A DNA stretch of 62,181 bases, the filler included, from Callorhinchus milii (taxonomy: Eukaryota), in NCBI RefSeq assembly GCF_018977255.1. It is 2 parts of 2 records of this genome, joined end to end, with 100 filler letters (N's around TTAATTAATTAA, not from the genome) between each part and the next. Parts side by side here need not be neighbours in the genome. Positions count along the whole stretch, not along the records: positions 1 to 31,136 come from NW_024705621.1; 1 more part is not named here. One strand, given 5' to 3'. The position numbers were made by a program, and so were the translations under genes. Under the pieces are notes generated by a model, which was given only the letters and a program-made list of their open reading frames with translations, had not been told where the DNA came from and did not search any database. Positions 1 through 11,140 of this stretch are shown in pieces (the first letter of the stretch is position 1; each line of letters begins with the position of its first letter).

Positions 1-452
1 GACATCAACTGAGCTGACTGAGGTGGCAGCAATATTCTCACAGTCGGAGCTATGGAACTTTTTTAGATGAAGTGCATGGTTCGGAAGAAAGAGTGACTGC
101 AGCTCTGTCAAGGTGGCAAAATGTGGAGGCAATTATAGCCTCCCTACTCCATTATTTAACAGGGCTTCAAGAGACAGGGAAAGTATTCATCTGGAAAGGA
201 AATGAAAAGGATCGGGTACTTCCTGAGCCAAATAACTACGTGGAAAGAAAAGACACCTGACAACAACTCCACTGACACATAATCATGCGGATAGCCGCAC
301 TAAACTAAATGCGTGCAGAGGTGCACTCAAGAGAAACGTTGTGTTGTCTCTCACAAACAAACACAAAGCCTCAGTGCTCTTTGTGCAGGAGACGCATCTT
401 ACAACCAGCAAGGAAAATGAATGGGAAACAGAATGGAAAGGTGATTTATCTT

Positions 453-611
453 CTTGGTTACCTGAGGACGGCTGCTTGCGTTGTGGCCGAAACGTCGTGA
501 GAATGTATTTTATTATGTTTTATTTTTATTATTTTATTATTTCCATTCTACGTGACTTTACCGAAAGAACCAAGAAGATGAATCCCTGCAGTCACGAAAG
601 CTTCAAATCGA
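453..611 (+). mobile_element. Penelope-like element terminal fragment inserted in the Tx1 element
   Basis: Same ~150-bp sequence recurs at 1104-1217(-), 7910-8125(-), 8241-8430(+) and 9412-9571(+). It carries a minimal hammerhead motif and a CGTGACT...AGTCACG hairpin. Confidence 0.7.
458..500 (+). ncRNA. Minimal type I hammerhead ribozyme motif
   Basis: TTAC-CTGAGGA-CGGCTGC(ttgcgtt)GTGGCCG-GAAAC-like core reading ...GGCCGAAACGTC-GTGA: CUGANGA at 462-468, stem II, GAAAC, GUC at 494-496, short stem I. Confidence 0.7.
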
Positions 612-2962
612 AAGTGATTTGTGTTTCAGTTACCTTTCATCATTATTCTTCAGGGTGGCAACGTTATTTGCACCGGGTTTACACCCACCAAAGTTAACCA
701 AGTTGAGGTATTACCGGGAAGAGCCCTCAACGTAGCAATAATTCAAACTTGATGACATTTCTGTCCACCTCATTAACATTTATACACCCGTTAATGATGC
801 GGAAAAACTATCTTTTTTCAATGAGTTACAGAACTATCTCAAAAACATCCCAAATGACGAGTGCCTGATTTGGGAGGAGATTTCAACTGGACGATGGATG
901 TCCTCAACGACACTGGCACCGAGCAGTATTAAAGCGGTGTCTTGAACACCTTGTGGTATGTACTCCACACGTACAGTCTCGTAGATGTGTGGCAGATGCA
1001 ACATCCAAAGCAGCAAGGTTTCACCTTAACAAGAACCCGAGCTGACAGGGACACTGTCGCAGTCAAGGCTTGACCGTTTTACATCTCGAAAGACCTTGAA
1101 AACATCTTCTTGGTTCTTTCGGTAAAGTCACGAAGAAGGGAAGTATTAAATAATAAAAATTTAAACATAATAAAATAATTCTCACGACGTTTCGGCCACA
1201 ACGCAAGCAGCCGTCCAGTATTCAGGCTGCGCCATTGGCCATAATCACTTATAGTACTTCAAATAAAAATACTAGCAGTCCCAAGGGGATTGGCATGCTG
1301 GCATTTCATTATTGCCCTTTTGCAAGACGCCACCTTCACGAATCTTTTTGGGGTCTTCTGGGTGGAGTGGCACGGAAAAAAGATCGTTTTAATAACCTAG
1401 CACAATGGTGGACATAGGGAAAGTACACATAAAAAACTGTGTCATTTACATACCTGGGGAAACACAAAAAACATTGATCAAGAAATTTGTGAGCTAGAGA
1501 ACAGGATCCATAATTAGAGCAAAGGCAGAAGATTTGGGACAATGCAGGCCTACTAGAGGAATATGTGGAAACCCTAGCATATCTAAAAGGTTTGCAGAAA
1601 GAAAAGGCAAAAGGGGCATTTACACGCTCTCGTTTTAAAGATACCCTTGATATGGACTCTAGCTCAACACTGGTCTTCTCATTGGGGAAGCCGAATTGTA
1701 GGCACAAAGCTCTGGAGAATGTATTTGATGACAAGGGGGTCTTTGTTTCAAACAATAATCAAAGACCTTCGACAGTAGCAAAGTACTATGGAAATCTCTC
1801 TTCTCCAGAGCATATGTCCAGAGTGGTCCAAAATGAGATCTGGAAGGACCTGCCTACTTTGGGTGAGAAAGGTCAACAAAGTGACCTAGACATGGCAGTG
1901 AGTCCCTGGCCAGGAACAAGTTCCCAGGGATTGATGGGCTGACGGGGAGTTTATCGCCATTTTTGGCACTCCATACGGAACGGATTACAAGGCTGTTCTA
2001 GATGAAGCAGTGGAGACCAACATGATGCCTCAGTCCTGGAGGAGAGCCGTGCTCACACTGATTAAAAAAAGGTGACCTCAAACACCTGAAAGATTGGCAT
2101 CCAGTCTCAGTGCTGAGCACAGACTATAAGATTCTCGCAAAAGATGTGTCTGCAAAGTTTAAGAGAATGTTAGCTCGGGTGATTTCCAATGACCAGGGAG
2201 GACCATTCATGATGGGATTTTCCTGGTCAGAGATTTGATCATGTCGGAGAATTTGGATTTTCCACTTGCCTTTCTCTTCCTTGATCAAGAGAAAGGCTTT
2301 GATATGGTTGATCACCAGTATCTTCTTGGCACTCTAAAAGCTTTTGGTTTTGGGACTTCCTCCATAGGATTTAGTAGGTTGCTGTACAACATGGCCCAGT
2401 GTCTAGTCAACGTTAATGGTGGACTAATTGCTCCTATAGACTTCAAAAGAGGTATCAGGCAAGGCTGTCCTATGTCAGGACAGCTTTACACCCTCGTCGT
2501 GAAGCTTTTAATGCATCTACTTTGATGCCGACTCACCGGATTAACTCTAAAGGAGCCCAGTATGAGAGTGACTCTCACAGCGTGTGCCAATAACATTCTA
2601 CAGTTTTTACGAAGCTTTGACTATATCGACCGGCTGCACGCGTGCAAAGAGGTTTACTTCCGTGCATCCTCCTCCAGGATGAACTGGGAGAAGTGCAGTG
2701 GGCTGCTTGTTGGGAAGTGGGATGAAGCCCGGTTCCCTGAGTTGGCCAAAACAATAACGTGGAGCAAAGAGCGTCTTCACCATCTCGGCGTGCTCCTGGG
2801 ACCTGGAGAAAAACCACTGCAGGAAAATTGGGATTTCTTGGAAGAGATGGCGAGGAAACGACTGAAGCCTTGGGGCGCCTGTGCAAATCTCTCGCGTTCA
2901 GAGGGAAAACCCTGGTGGTAAACCAGTTGATTGCATTCACCTTGTGGCACTGCTTAATTCCC

Positions 2963-4423
2963 CTCACCGCCTTGGAGACCCATCAGGAATGCCACCATTT
3001 TGAAGTCTCCGATGACCTCCCAGCCGTACTCATCATACTTCAATGTGTCCAGAAAGGTCTTGATGCTGCTGTAATCCTCTTTGAGGTGCACCGAGTGAGC
3101 CAGGGGAAGAGACGGGTACTTGTTACCATTATGGAGCAGCACGGCTTTGAGGCTCCTGGATGAGCTGTCAATGAAGAGGCGCCACTCATTCTGGTTACAA
3201 GTGGAGCCCAACTTGACGGGTGAAGAAGCTGCAAAAAGGTTGGTGACGCTTCCTCTGATCTGCGACTTGCACACTTTCATCCAACAAGTTTCACTGCTTG
3301 AGCCTAGATGTCAAAAGCTCAGAATTGGACTTGGTGAGACCAAGATCTCTGATCAAGTCGTTGAGGTCTTTTTGGTTGGAGTAGCATGGGTTTCTCTCCT
3401 CAGCTCCACCTCTGAAATTGTCATCTGGATCTACAATGTCTTCCTCGCTCTCTGACTTGCTGCTCTCTTCTAAAGACGGCTGCTATCTCTCTCCGGAGGA
3501 GTGGGTACGGGGTGCTCATGGCAGTGTGGCACCGGGGCGATGGATGAAGAAAGGTCTGGATACGTGATAGCAAGTGCATTCTTGCCAGTCCGACGTTTGG
3601 AAGGGTCCACCATGCAGAAGTAGCAGTTGCTTGAGTGGTCAGTGGGTTCCCGCCAAATTATTGGGATAGCGAACTTCATGGCTCTCTTTTCCCCTCTGTA
3701 CCATCCTACAAAAATACATTTATTTCACCCATGACTAATGTGTAAGAGATTCTCGCAACATTTTTCATTATTGATATATTTTTTCAATAATATTGAAAAT
3801 TGTAAAACATTTTAAAATTAAAAACTTTTACGATTACATTTTTTAAAACAAATTTTATAACATAAAGTTCAGAGCAACAATTGTCCATCTTACCTTCCAG
3901 AGTTTTTTTGCATTGCTCGCAGGTGAAATGAGGTGCCCAGGGTTTGTCTTGATCCCCGATAGGCATGCCGAAATATGTCTTGTAGGCCTCACACATCTTA
4001 GCAGATGCTTCCACACAGTAATTTTTCGCTCTTGTCTTGATAAATTGGCCGCAGACATAGCAAAATGCATCTGCCGGATGCTTGCAGCCTCTTGATGCCA
4101 TCTCAGAAAAATGCAGATATGTATCCACTTAGGCAGCTGGAACTAAACTGAACTGGTGGGCTTAAGGCCCCTGTATTTCTACTACTATTTATATTACTGG
4201 AAAGTTCTAGAATGTTCTAGAAGTTACTCCAAGTTTACTCGGCACTGAATCTATCTGGAATATTCTGGAAAATAGGTACATTTCTAAATATCACTGTCCT
4301 GGTCACAAAAGCAAAGTTTGTGGGGAATAATAGCCATTTTCTGTACTTTTGAGGCAGAAGCAATTATAAAATAGCACTTACTACCCAGGATTAAAACTTT
4401 TTTTAAAAAAATGTTGCACAGTG
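2963..4423 (-). mobile_element. Chapaev (Chapaev3-type) DNA transposon, 5' part; transposase pseudogene
   Basis: Terminus CACTGTGCAACA at 4423. ATG at 4101 (MASRGCKHPADAFCYVCG). GT-AG intron 3893-3706 restores KKTLEG/WYRGEKRAMKF. Motifs WREPTDHSSNCYFC and WRLFIDSSSRSLKAVLLHNGNKYPS. Truncated after LMGLQGG. Confidence 0.8.
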
Positions 4424-4610
4424 TAATCAACGAGGGTACCAAAGATACAGAGGGGTTGACGAACTTTATCATGAACAATGGCAAGCTTGCTATCTATAGG
4501 GCCATAACATACGCAATGGAAGGAAGTGGCTTATCCAGGCACTGTCGCATCTTCAAGACCCTGGTTTCTGCCAGAATTTGGCTGTAATTTCGGTACGCTC
4601 AATTGACGGG
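4424..4610 (+). mobile_element. C-terminal fragment of the Tx1-like ORF2
   Basis: Translates LTNFIMNNGKLAIYRAI...FKTLVSARIWL*FRY, resembling the Tx1 ORF2 C-terminus. It resumes right after the Chapaev end. Confidence 0.6.
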
Positions 4611-4789
4611 GGAGGGGGGGGGGGTGTCGCATCTGTCTTGACACGTTAGACTACCGAGGTTGCTTTGTGTAATGTGACGAATGCAGGGCATCTGGTAATG
4701 GGATTTTGAGGGTGAATTTTTCTTGTTGGTGTCTATGAACACAGTGGCACACAATGGGATTCATGTTACACGGGAAAACCGCGTGATAT

Positions 4790-4910
4790 GTTTGATTGAA
4801 AAAAGGCGCACAAAAGCAAACAAAAAAAATAAAAAAACGACATGATGAACGAAGCCAAGTGCCGAAAACCGAGGATCTTTCTGTTTCTTCTGATCGTAAA
4901 AAAGGAGAGT
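4790..4910 (-). repeat. Unclassified dispersed repeat (copies at ~8880-9170 and ~12250-12435 on +)
   Basis: Shared TTTTACGATCAGTGGAAACAAGAAGATGCTCGGTGTAGTCGGCACTTTGCTTCGTTCATCATTTCGT. The two + copies continue with CTCGCAGTCCGACGGCCTCCGACGGGTAGCTCATA. Confidence 0.7.
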
Positions 4911-5277
4911 GGGAGAGACGGGGAGGGCGGTCACAGCACAGCAGAGAGTCACGGAGCCCGCACGCAACGGGGCAAATCTTGAGATGGAATTTGAGTGAGG
5001 CGGTCGGTCCGTGGCTTTGCTCGGTTGTGAGGGATGGAGGTGATGAGGGGGGCGTGGGGGGAGGGGAAGAGACGCAGCGTGATTTTGGAGAAGAGGTAGA
5101 GGGGTGATGGGTGGTGCGGGATTGGGAGGCGGCGGTGGGGGACGTGGGGGGCATTGAGGTAGATCGATGGCCATGCCTGGCGGTTGGAATTGCTATTGAT
5201 TAATTGGACTCGCGGAGCGCGCGTGGCGAGGGCCGTGATGCATCTTCCTATCATGCGGCCCTGCCCTCTGACCTGCC

Positions 5278-5610
5278 CCCTCCTCACTCTCCCTCACCAC
5301 CACCACCACCTCCACCCTCTCCCTCCTCACCCTCACCACCACCTCCACCACCACCTCCACCCTCACCCTCCTCACCCTCACCACCACCTCCACCCTCTCC
5401 CTCCTCACCCTCACCACCAACCACCACCACCACCTCCACCCTCTCCCTCCTCACCCTCACCACCACCTCCACCCTCCTCACCCTCACCACCACCACCACC
5501 CTCTCCCTCCTCACCCTCACCACCACCACCACCCTCTCCCTCCTCACCCTCACCACACCCACCTCCTCTTCCTCCTCACACTCCCTCACCCTCACCACAT
5601 CCACCACTCC
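5278..5610. repeat. C-rich (CCA/CCT) minisatellite
   Basis: Imperfect ~33-36-bp units CCACCACCACCTCCACCCTCTCCCTCCTCACCCTCA. Confidence 0.9.
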
Positions 5611-5694
5611 CTTGTCAAAATCCCGCACCATCACGACACTCGCCACTCCCCATTACACTCCCTCGCCACGTGCACAACTCCCTCCAAAGACAAA

Positions 5695-5915
5695 GATCCC
5701 CGTAAAGCCTCAACGGACTGTTGGGGCAAGTGCTGCTAGCGAGCACCTATACGAAGGGGTGGGTGACCAACACCGCGCCCGGCGGCCGCCTTTGCCTTCC
5801 CGGTGGCGACGTTGACACATGGTACCGGGTACTCGTTTTAGCTGAGTCGACCTAGGGGAGGGGCCCAGAACCGGTTCAGATAATCGTCTCTGCTGGTGTT
5901 GGTGGCCGAGGGGAG
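5695..5915 (-). mobile_element. tRNA-derived SINE family 2 (Nin/Deu-like core), partial
   Basis: Reverse complement of the core CTGGGCCTCCCCTAGGTCGACTCAGC...GAGTACC...GGCGGCCGGGCGTGG seen at 25890-26195. Confidence 0.7.
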
Positions 5916-6039
5916 AGACAGGGAAAGAGATCCGTGCGTGGCGATGCGGTGATCAGGCGACGTGGCATGCGAGCATCGATGGGAACTCAAAGTACGAATA
6001 CAAATGATGTGACCAGTCAAGTCCCCGCTGAGCTGCGAC

Positions 6040-6582
6040 GAAGCCCTTTTTTCAGAAGCGACCTGGCTGCCACAGATGGTAGCTCAACGAAGTGACCGCT
6101 TATCATCATCATCATCACCACCACGTGGACATTTATTGCAGCCAAATATACTCGAAACTATGCGGTATATATGTTTTTATTTATACTCTAAAATGTTGAT
6201 TCTAAGTGTGCAGGGAAAAAAACAGAGGGTGCCCGGAGACGACGCGGAGAGAGACGCGACCTCCTGTACACCAGGCGAGGTAGTCAACATCTCCTAGCCA
6301 CCGTGATGATGATAGAGAGAGAGAGACGCGACCTCCTGTATACCAGGCGAGGTAGTTAACATTTCCTAGCCACCGTGATGATGATAGAGAGAGAGAGAGA
6401 CGCCGCAAATTCCAAATATACAGCAGTAGGCGTCAGGGTCGGTATCGAACTCACGACCTCCTGTATACCAGGCGAGGTAATCAACATCTCCTAGCCACCG
6501 TTATGATGATGGTAGAGAGAGACATACAGCCTCCAAATATACAGCAGGTGTCAGGGTCGGGATCGAACCCACGTCCTCCTGT
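6040..6582 (-). mobile_element. V-SINE copy with ~4 tandem heads (two internally deleted)
   Basis: Body matches 15540-15700. Repeated CCAGGCGAGGTAGTTAACATCTCCTAGCCACCGTGATGATGA-GAGAGAG units. Confidence 0.75.
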
Positions 6583-7026
6583 TCGGAGCGTGCTGTTCGG
6601 AGCGTGCTGTTCGGAGCCTGCTGTTCGGGGCGTGCTGTTCGGAACGTGCTGTTCGGAGCGTGCTGTTCGGAACGTGCTGTTCGGAGCGTGCTGTTCGGAA
6701 CGTGCTGTTCGGAACGTGCTGTTCGGAACGTGCTGTTCGGGGCGTGCTGTTCGGAGCCTGCTGTTCGGGGCGTGCTGTTCGGAACGTGCTGTTCGGAGCG
6801 TGCTGTTCGGAACGTGCTGTTCGGAACGTGCTGTTCGGAACGTGCTGTTCGGAACGTGCTGTTCGGAGCGTGCTGTTCGGAGCGTGCTGTTCGGAGCGTG
6901 CTGTTTGGAACGTGCTGTTCGGAACGTGCTGTTCGGAGCGTGCTGTTCGGAGCGTGCTGTTCGGAACGTGCTGTTCGGAACGTGCTGTTCGGAGCGTGCT
7001 GTTCGGAACGTGCTGTTCGGAACGTG
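6578..7026. repeat. 14-bp minisatellite (CGTGCTGTTCGGAA/G), ~32 copies
   Basis: Direct reading. The 14-aa periodicity of the overlapping ORFs equals 3 units. Confidence 0.97.
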
Positions 7027-7286
7027 TTGGTCGGCCTCAGCTGCCTGCCTTGAGAGGACACGCCAGAACCCTGGTCTCTGCCTGCTGATTGACACCTTCT
7101 CCACCTCGAGACCGAGTCCGAACTTGGTTCTCGGTCAGCACGAGGTCCGTGTTCAAAATCTGTGCAGTGGTAAACTACAATAAAGTTCACGCCACCCGAA
7201 CACAAGTTTGCCAAATTTGTCAGGCTGTCCGAGAAACAACCACCTGTCCCGATCAAACCCGGCAGGTGGCAACTCTCTGCGTACCC

Positions 7287-7619
7287 CTTTTTAAATCCTT
7301 TATATTAAGTTCACTTGCTTGCTTGCGTGCTTACGACCGTGCAAATCTTTTCGTCGTTTTTTAACCCACTTCCCGTGATCCAATCGAGCTGACATTTTGC
7401 ACACAGACTCGTTGTGCGTGACAATTAATTTTCATGAAATTTTTTTTCCAAATGTTACAGTTTAGGGATTTTTTTTTATATTTAATTACCAATTGCTTAA
7501 TGCTGGCAGACAATCATCTGACCCATAGGTGGCAGCCATCTCAAGCCAGAGGACGAGAGGACTCTAGCCGCCACGCATATAAAGGATTTATAGTGAAAAA
7601 CTTTGTTTTTACGGGTTAA
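7287..7619 (-). mobile_element. Helentron/DINE-like non-autonomous element (copy 1)
   Basis: 14-bp subterminal inverted repeat TAAATCCTTTATAT (7292-7305) / ATATAAAGGATTTA (7577-7590), (CTTG)n microsatellite, ATCGAGCTGACATTTTGCACA motif. An inverted copy lies at 10817-11135. Confidence 0.55.
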
Positions 7620-7909
7620 TTTTTTTTCACTTCCAACTTTTCGCGACCGGAGTGTTACGGGGTGAGTGGAATGGACGAGGCATCGCAGTTTGTCGCCAGC
7701 GAACATCCCGTGACTGGCACCGCTTCGTTGAGCCGCCCTTAGTGATGGCTAGGTCGATTCTGAAAAAGAAGCTCGAAAACTCAAAGGGCCTTTATCTGGT
7801 AAAATAAAACTAGATTTTTTTATTTTTATTTTTGTTCTGATTTGCTTGAAAAATATATATTTAAAAAAAATTGTGATTTGCTTAAAAATATATATAATCA
7901 ATGGGCTTC

Positions 7910-8430
7910 TAGATTTGAAGTTTTCGTGACTGCAAGGATTCATACTCTTTGTTTTTTTCGGTAAAGTCACGTAGGTATTTTTTTTAAATATATAAATTAA
8001 CTCACGACGTTTCCGAAGCAACACAAAGCCTCCGTCATCAGGTGTAACGTGGAGGGGAAATTTCGATGTAAAGCTTTCGTGACTGCAGCTACCCGTCAAG
8101 CAGCCGTCCTCAGGTGAAGAACAGTGCTATCGGAAAGACAGCGTCTGAATGAACACCACCAAGCTTGGCAGCGTATATTTAAGCTAAAATTCCTCTGCTG
8201 ATATGCAAATTCCTTTATCAAGGCGCCCTCCTCCCCTAACCCAGCTTAAATATACGCTGCCAAGCTTGTGGGTGCTCTTTCACACGCTGTCTTCCGACAG
8301 ACCTGTTCTTCACCTGAGGGCGGCTGCTTGCGTTGTGGCCGAAACGTCGTGAGAATTGTATTTTATTATGTTTTATTTTTATTCTTTTATTTTTTCCCTT
8401 CTAGGTGACTTTACCGAAAGAACCAAGAAG
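7910..8430. mobile_element. Cluster of Penelope-like termini in divergent (inverted) arrangement
   Basis: 8099-8185 is the imperfect reverse complement of 8242-8330. Hammerhead-bearing ends point outward on both strands. Confidence 0.7.
8001..8044 (-). ncRNA. Minimal hammerhead ribozyme motif, variant stem II
   Basis: Minus strand reads CAC-CTGATGA-CGGAGGC(tttgtgtt)GCTTCG-GAAAC-GTC-GTG with a canonical CUGAUGA core. Confidence 0.65.
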
Positions 8431-9411
8431 GTGAGGGGAAAGTTTCTTCCAGTCGGGGAAAGGAGCGGATACGGGGGGGGGGGGGACTGTGCACAAGGGG
8501 GGGGGGAGGAACGGTGAGGAGTAGGAGCAGAGATTGAGAGCGTGGCGGAGGGTAGGACATAGAACAAGACGAGGGCAGCGAGGGTGCAATGGCCATGAAG
8601 AGATGTAAATAGCAGCGTGAGGTGCTCGAATCGACACCGGTAGTCGATGGGGGAGCCTCGGGCATTTCTATAAGAAGGGGGGCGGAGGTGGGGGGGAGCA
8701 GTGTGTGTGGCGGTGGTAGGTTGCAAATGAAACGTGCAGACGCATTTTGGATCTGTTGTTGTGGTGGAATGAATGCATCGGCTGGATAGACCGCGGAGTT
8801 GAGAGTTACAGTAGAATGTCCCTAACTCTCTCCCTCCTATCTCTCTCCTCTCTCAATCCCACCTCATTATCTCCCCTCTCTTTTTTTCGATCAGTGGAAA
8901 CAAGAAGATGCTCGGTGTATTCGGCACTTTGTTTCGTTCATCATTTCGTAAAATGTTTTTTTTTTTTTTAACGGGGCTTTATGTAACCCTCGCTCTCTCT
9001 CTCGCTAACTCTCTCGCTCGCTCTCTCGCTCGTTCTGTCGCTCATTCTCTCGCTCACTCTCTCGTTCTGTACGTAGCCCCCCTCGCAGTCCGACGGCCTC
9101 CGACGGGTAGCTCATAACAAGAGGATGCTCGGTGTAGTCGGCACTTTGCTTCGTTCATCATTTCGTCTTTTGTTTAGTTTTTTGAATGCTTTGTTGTATG
9201 TAACCCCCCCCCCCCCCCCCCATTGTTGATGCTTACCCCGAGCCCTCATTACTTTGATAGTGCATTGTCTTTGAGCTGTACGCCTTTTGGCGTCCTCTGG
9301 TCAAGCACCAATTGAGACGAGGCTCAAAAGAAAGCTGTCTCTGGTGTGGAACAATCAGTTTCAAGGGCAATGCATGTATTATCAGTGTGTTTTTTCGATT
9401 TAAAGCTTCCA

Positions 9412-9571
9412 TTCAGACGCTGTATTTCCGACATACGCTGTTCTTCACATGAGGACGGCTGCTTGCGTTGTGGCCGAAACGTCGTGAGAATTGTATTTTA
9501 TTATTTTTTTATTTTTATTTAATTTTATTATTTCTCTTCTACGTGACTTTACCGAAAGAACCAAGAAGATG
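9412..9571 (+). mobile_element. Penelope-like terminal fragment (hammerhead core mutated to ATGAGGA)
   Basis: Near-identical to 453-590 and 8280-8430. Confidence 0.7.
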
Positions 9572-10104
9572 AGTGTGTTTTTTGTTTGCATTTTGACCAC
9601 AAGTATTGTGGTTAATGCAGTTACATGATTCCTCGTAAAAAGGTTTCAGTTTTGTTGCCAGAAAAAAGGGGAAAAACCCCTATTATAATATTTTAGTACT
9701 GGCCAAGGAGGTCTAATGATGGACATTCATGTTGTTGTACTATTTGTTGCCGTAACGTTCTTACCCGCCCCCTACTGGACATCTGTGAAAAACAGGTTAA
9801 TAGCTAATCGGATTCCTCCTGCACTCTAAATACTGATTCTGATTCTGACGTCACCCCCGCACCCCCCTCCCCCTCATTATCCCCCCTCCCCTCCCTCCCC
9901 CCGGCCGCCAATGTCACACGTGAGATTTCCACTCTGCTGGTCACCAGATCTTCATTGGTGACGACTACGACGATGACAGATATATATATATTTATTACAG
10001 GTAGGAACAATGTCCCACAGTGCCCACCAGGATTATTTGTCTGTCTGTCGTGCATAAATAAATAATATAAACAGCTCTTTGATTGGTGGAGACCTACTGC
10101 CGGG

Positions 10105-10340
10105 TAAGGAGAGGGGAGGTGCCTAAGGGAGGATGGTCAGGGGAGGGGCCTAAGGGAAGGGGGGTCAGGGGAGGGGCCTAAAGATATGGGGGGGGGTCAG
10201 GGGAGGGGCCTAAGGGAGGGGGGTCAGAGGAGTGGCCTAAGGATAAGGGAGGGGGTCAGCGGAGGGGCCTGAGGAGGGGGGTAAGGGGAGGGGCCTAAGG
10301 GATATGGGGGGGTAAGGGGAGGGGCCGATAGTAAGGGGGC
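10105..10340. repeat. G-rich tandem repeat (~28-33-bp GGGGTCAGGGGAGGGGCCTAAGG units)
   Basis: About 8 imperfect units, flanked by a ~60-bp direct repeat at 9996-10055 and 10389-10452. Confidence 0.85.
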
Positions 10341-10569
10341 TGGCTACCTGGTTGGCTGCCTGGCGACCTCAAGTCAAGTTTTCTTTTATACAGGTAGGAA
10401 CAACAGGTTCCACACTGCCCACCCAGGGATTATTTGTCTGTCTGTCGTGCATATTTGTCTGTCGTGCACGAATGCGCTGTTTAGTTTTGTTGTCCCCCAC
10501 CCTCGGGCACGTCCAATTGGCACGGTTGGCTACGTACGGTGCGAAAGAAGTTCAACAAACGTAACACAC

Positions 10570-10690
10570 ATCAGATGGTGACAGTCTGAGAAGTGATATT
10601 CAACATGTTAAAGAAGCGCTGCTGCAAACGAACGGTCACAATGATGCACAAATCAACAGGGCATTGAATGCCAAAGCCAGGGGAGAACAG
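10570..10690 (+). mobile_element. Penelope-like RT C-terminal (thumb/linker) fragment
   Basis: Translates SDGDSLRSDIQHVKEALLQTNGHNDAQINRALNAK, resembling the PLE pattern E..H...L..NGY...I.RA. Confidence 0.45.
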
Positions 10691-10816
10691 GCTGCCGTAG
10701 AGGTCTCTAATGATGTCGACTTCTGCTGGAGTTCGTGTGCCAGGACACCGTCACCATCAAAGAGGCACGCCATGGATTTGCGCCTCCCGTTCTGCCTCCC
10801 GAGGGAGTAGAAAAGT

Positions 10817-11135
10817 ATAACCCGTAAAAACAAAGTTTTTCACTATAAATCATTTTTATGCGTGGCGGCTAGAGTCCTCTCGTCCTCTGGCTTGAGATGG
10901 CTGCCACCTATGGGTCAGATGATTGCATTGCACCATTAAGCAATTGGTAATTAAATATAATATTTTTGTCCTAAAAAGTGTAAATAAAAAATTTCACGAA
11001 AATTAATTGTCACGCACAACGAGTCTGTGTGGAAAATGTCAGCTCGATTGGATCACGGGAAGTGGGTTAAAAAACGACCGAAAGATTTGCACGGTCCTAA
11101 GCAAGCAAGCGAACTTAATAGAAAGGATTTAAAAA
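10817..11135 (+). mobile_element. Helentron/DINE-like non-autonomous element (copy 2)
   Basis: Reverse complement of 7287-7619 over ~320 bp. Confidence 0.55.
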
Positions 11136-11140
11136 GCGGG

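Larger units (their letters stand above)
1..2962 (+). mobile_element. Decayed Tx1/L1-clade non-LTR retrotransposon (end of ORF1 plus ORF2 endonuclease-RT)
   Basis: Broken ORF2 from ~284 with APE motifs (LFVQETHL, GGDFN, SRLDRF) and RT motifs (WHPVSVLSTDYKILAK, LDQEKGFDMVDH, GIRQGCPMSG, degenerate AYADD as ACANN, GKTLVVNQLI). Many stops and frameshifts. Confidence 0.9.

Noticed and set aside
5184..5815. His/Pro-rich or extensin-like ORFs
   Set aside because: Translation of a CCA/CCT simple repeat with no gene structure.
6481..7256. Long overlapping ORFs (207-251 aa)
   Set aside because: Artefact of a stop-free 14-bp minisatellite.
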